64,000 nucleotides of DNA, from positions 51,584,001 to 51,648,000 of the forward strand of contig OY740798.1 in the NCBI GenBank assembly GCA_963514005.1, read 5' to 3'. The position numbers and the translations under genes were made by a program. A model generated the notes under the pieces. It was not told the origin of the DNA. It ran no database searches and worked only from the letters and a program-made list of their open reading frames with translations. How positions within the stretch are numbered: position 1 is the stretch's first letter; each line of letters begins with the position of its first letter. Positions 62,150-64,000 of this stretch are shown here, piece by piece. The stretch comes from Raja brachyura. Its lineage: Eukaryota.

Positions 62150-63982
62150 CCTGGACCATGGCCCCAGCTATGAGCACCAGGCCACTATCTCTAGCACCAT
62201 CACTGACTTCATCAACTCCCACTCCCTGCCCCCCCCCCAGAGCCTCCAACCTCATCGTTCCCCAGCCCCGTACGGCCCGATTTTACCTTCTCCCCAAAAT
62301 CCACAAACCTGATTGTCCTGGTAGACCCATTGTCTCTGCCTGTTCGTGCCCCAGCGAACACATTTCCACATACCTTGACTCCATCCTATCCACCGTGGTT
62401 AAAACCCTCCAGACACCTCAGCCACTCTCCGTCGGCTCTACGCATTCTATTCTCTAGGCCCCCATCCCCTCATCTTCACCATGGATGTACAGTCACTCTA
62501 CACCTCCATCCCCCACCAGGAGGGTCTCAAAGCCCTCCGGTTCTTCCTCGACCGGAGAACAAACCAATCCCCGTCCACTGATATTCTCCTCCGCTGGTCC
62601 TTACCCTTGATAACTTTTCGTTTGACTCCTCCCATTTCCTCCAAACACAAGGCGTAGCTATGGGCACTGCATGGGCCCCAGCTACGCTTGCCTCTTTGTC
62701 GAGTACGTCGAACAATCCTTGTTCGAGATGTACCAGGGGCCCATCCCTGACCTCTACCTCCGCTACATCGACGACTGCTTTGGTGCTACCTCCAGCACCC
62801 ACACACAACTCACTAACTTCATCAACTTCACCACTAACTTCCATCCGGCACTCAAATACACCTGGACTATTTCCGACACTTCCCTACAATTTCTTGACCT
62901 CACTATCTCCATCGCAGGTGATAGACTTTTGACCGACATCCACTATAAACCCATTGACTCCCACGGCTATCTAGACTACATTTCCTCCCACCCTGCTTCC
63001 TGTAAGGACTCCATCCCCTACTCCCAATTCCTCTGTCAACGCCGCATCTGCTCCCAGGATGAGGTGTTCCACACCAGGGCATCGGAAATATCCTCATTCT
63101 TCAGAGAACGGGTGTTCCCCATCCCTACTATAGATGATGCTCTCACCAGGGTCTCTTCCATACCCCGTAACACTGCTCTCTCTCCCCATACCCCCACTCG
63201 GAACAAGGGCAGAGTCCCCCTAGTCCTCATCTTCCACCCCACTAGCCGTCACATACAACAAAAAGTCATTTTTGCCACATCCAACGTGACCACTCGCCAC
63301 ATCTTCCCATCTCCCCCTCTGTCTTCTTTCCGCAAAGACCGCTCCCTCCGTAACTCCCTGGTCAATTCTTCCCTTCCCTCCCGCACCACCCCCTCCCCGG
63401 GCACTTGCCCTTGCAACCGCAAGAGATGTTACAACTGTCGCTTTACCACCCCCCTCGACTCCATTCAAGGACCCAAGCAGTCGTTCCAGGTCCGATAGAG
63501 GTTCACCTGCACCTCCTCCAACCTCATCTATTGCATCCGCTGCTCTAGATGCCAGCTGATCTACATCAGTGAGAACAGCGCAGGCTTGGTGATCGTTCTG
63601 CCAAACATCTCCGCATCAACCAACCTGATCTCCCTGTGGCTCGGCACTTCAACTCCCCCTCCCATTCCAAATCTGACCTTTCTGTCCTGGGCCTCCTCCA
63701 TGGCCAGAGTGAGCACCACCGCAATTTGGAGAAGCAGCACCTCATATTCCGCTTGCACCAATGGCATGAACATTGAATTCTCCAATTTCCGGTCGCCCTT
63801 GCTGTCTCCTCCCCTTCTTAGTTCTCCCTCAGCCCTCAGGCTCCTCCTCTTCCTTTCTTCTTCCCGCCCCCCCCCCCCCCCCCATCAGTTTGAAGAAGGG
63901 TTTGGGCCCGAAACTTTGCCTTTTCCCTTCGCTCCATAGATGCTGCCGCACCCGCTGAGTTTTTCCAGCACTTTTGTCTACC
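62150..63982 (+). mobile_element. Penelope-like element (RT + Cys linker + GIY-YIG + pLTR), degenerate
   Basis: FYLLPKIHK...GRPIVS, MDVQSLYTSIP, MGPSYACLF, RYIDDCF, CNRKRCYNC, NLIYCIRCSRCQLIYI; pLTR ~63800-63982. Confidence 0.9.
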
Positions 63983-64000
63983 AATGAACTGCAGATGCTG

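Overview
Eukaryotic, repeat-dominated vertebrate DNA, most likely a cartilaginous fish (shark/skate/ray), judged from the CR1 LINE families, tRNA-headed V-domain SINEs (HE1-like) and Penelope-derived repeats. The first ~36 kb is nested transposons: a TIR DNA transposon with a 7-bp TSD, three DIRS1-type tyrosine-recombinase retrotransposons, a near-full-length esterase-encoding CR1, a near-full-length Tx1-clade LINE inserted in a (GA)n microsatellite, and L1, Vingi-like, Rex1-like and Penelope fragments. The one host gene is a + strand B7-family gene resembling NCR3LG1/B7-H6, the NKp30 ligand. It has a signal-peptide exon, IgV (55853-56188), IgC1 (58949-59269) and TM (61116-61229) exons, all phase 1, and its cytoplasmic exon(s) probably lie beyond the window. 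The most striking structure is that this gene's promoter plus first (signal-peptide) exon occurs five times, in a near-identical 2773-bp tandem array (36624-48730), all upstream of a single set of Ig exons. Part of each unit is a diverged homolog of the local upstream DNA rather than a copy of it. Two assembly gaps are present (9538-9695, 22232-22564). All family assignments are by eye and from recalled motifs; no searches were run.
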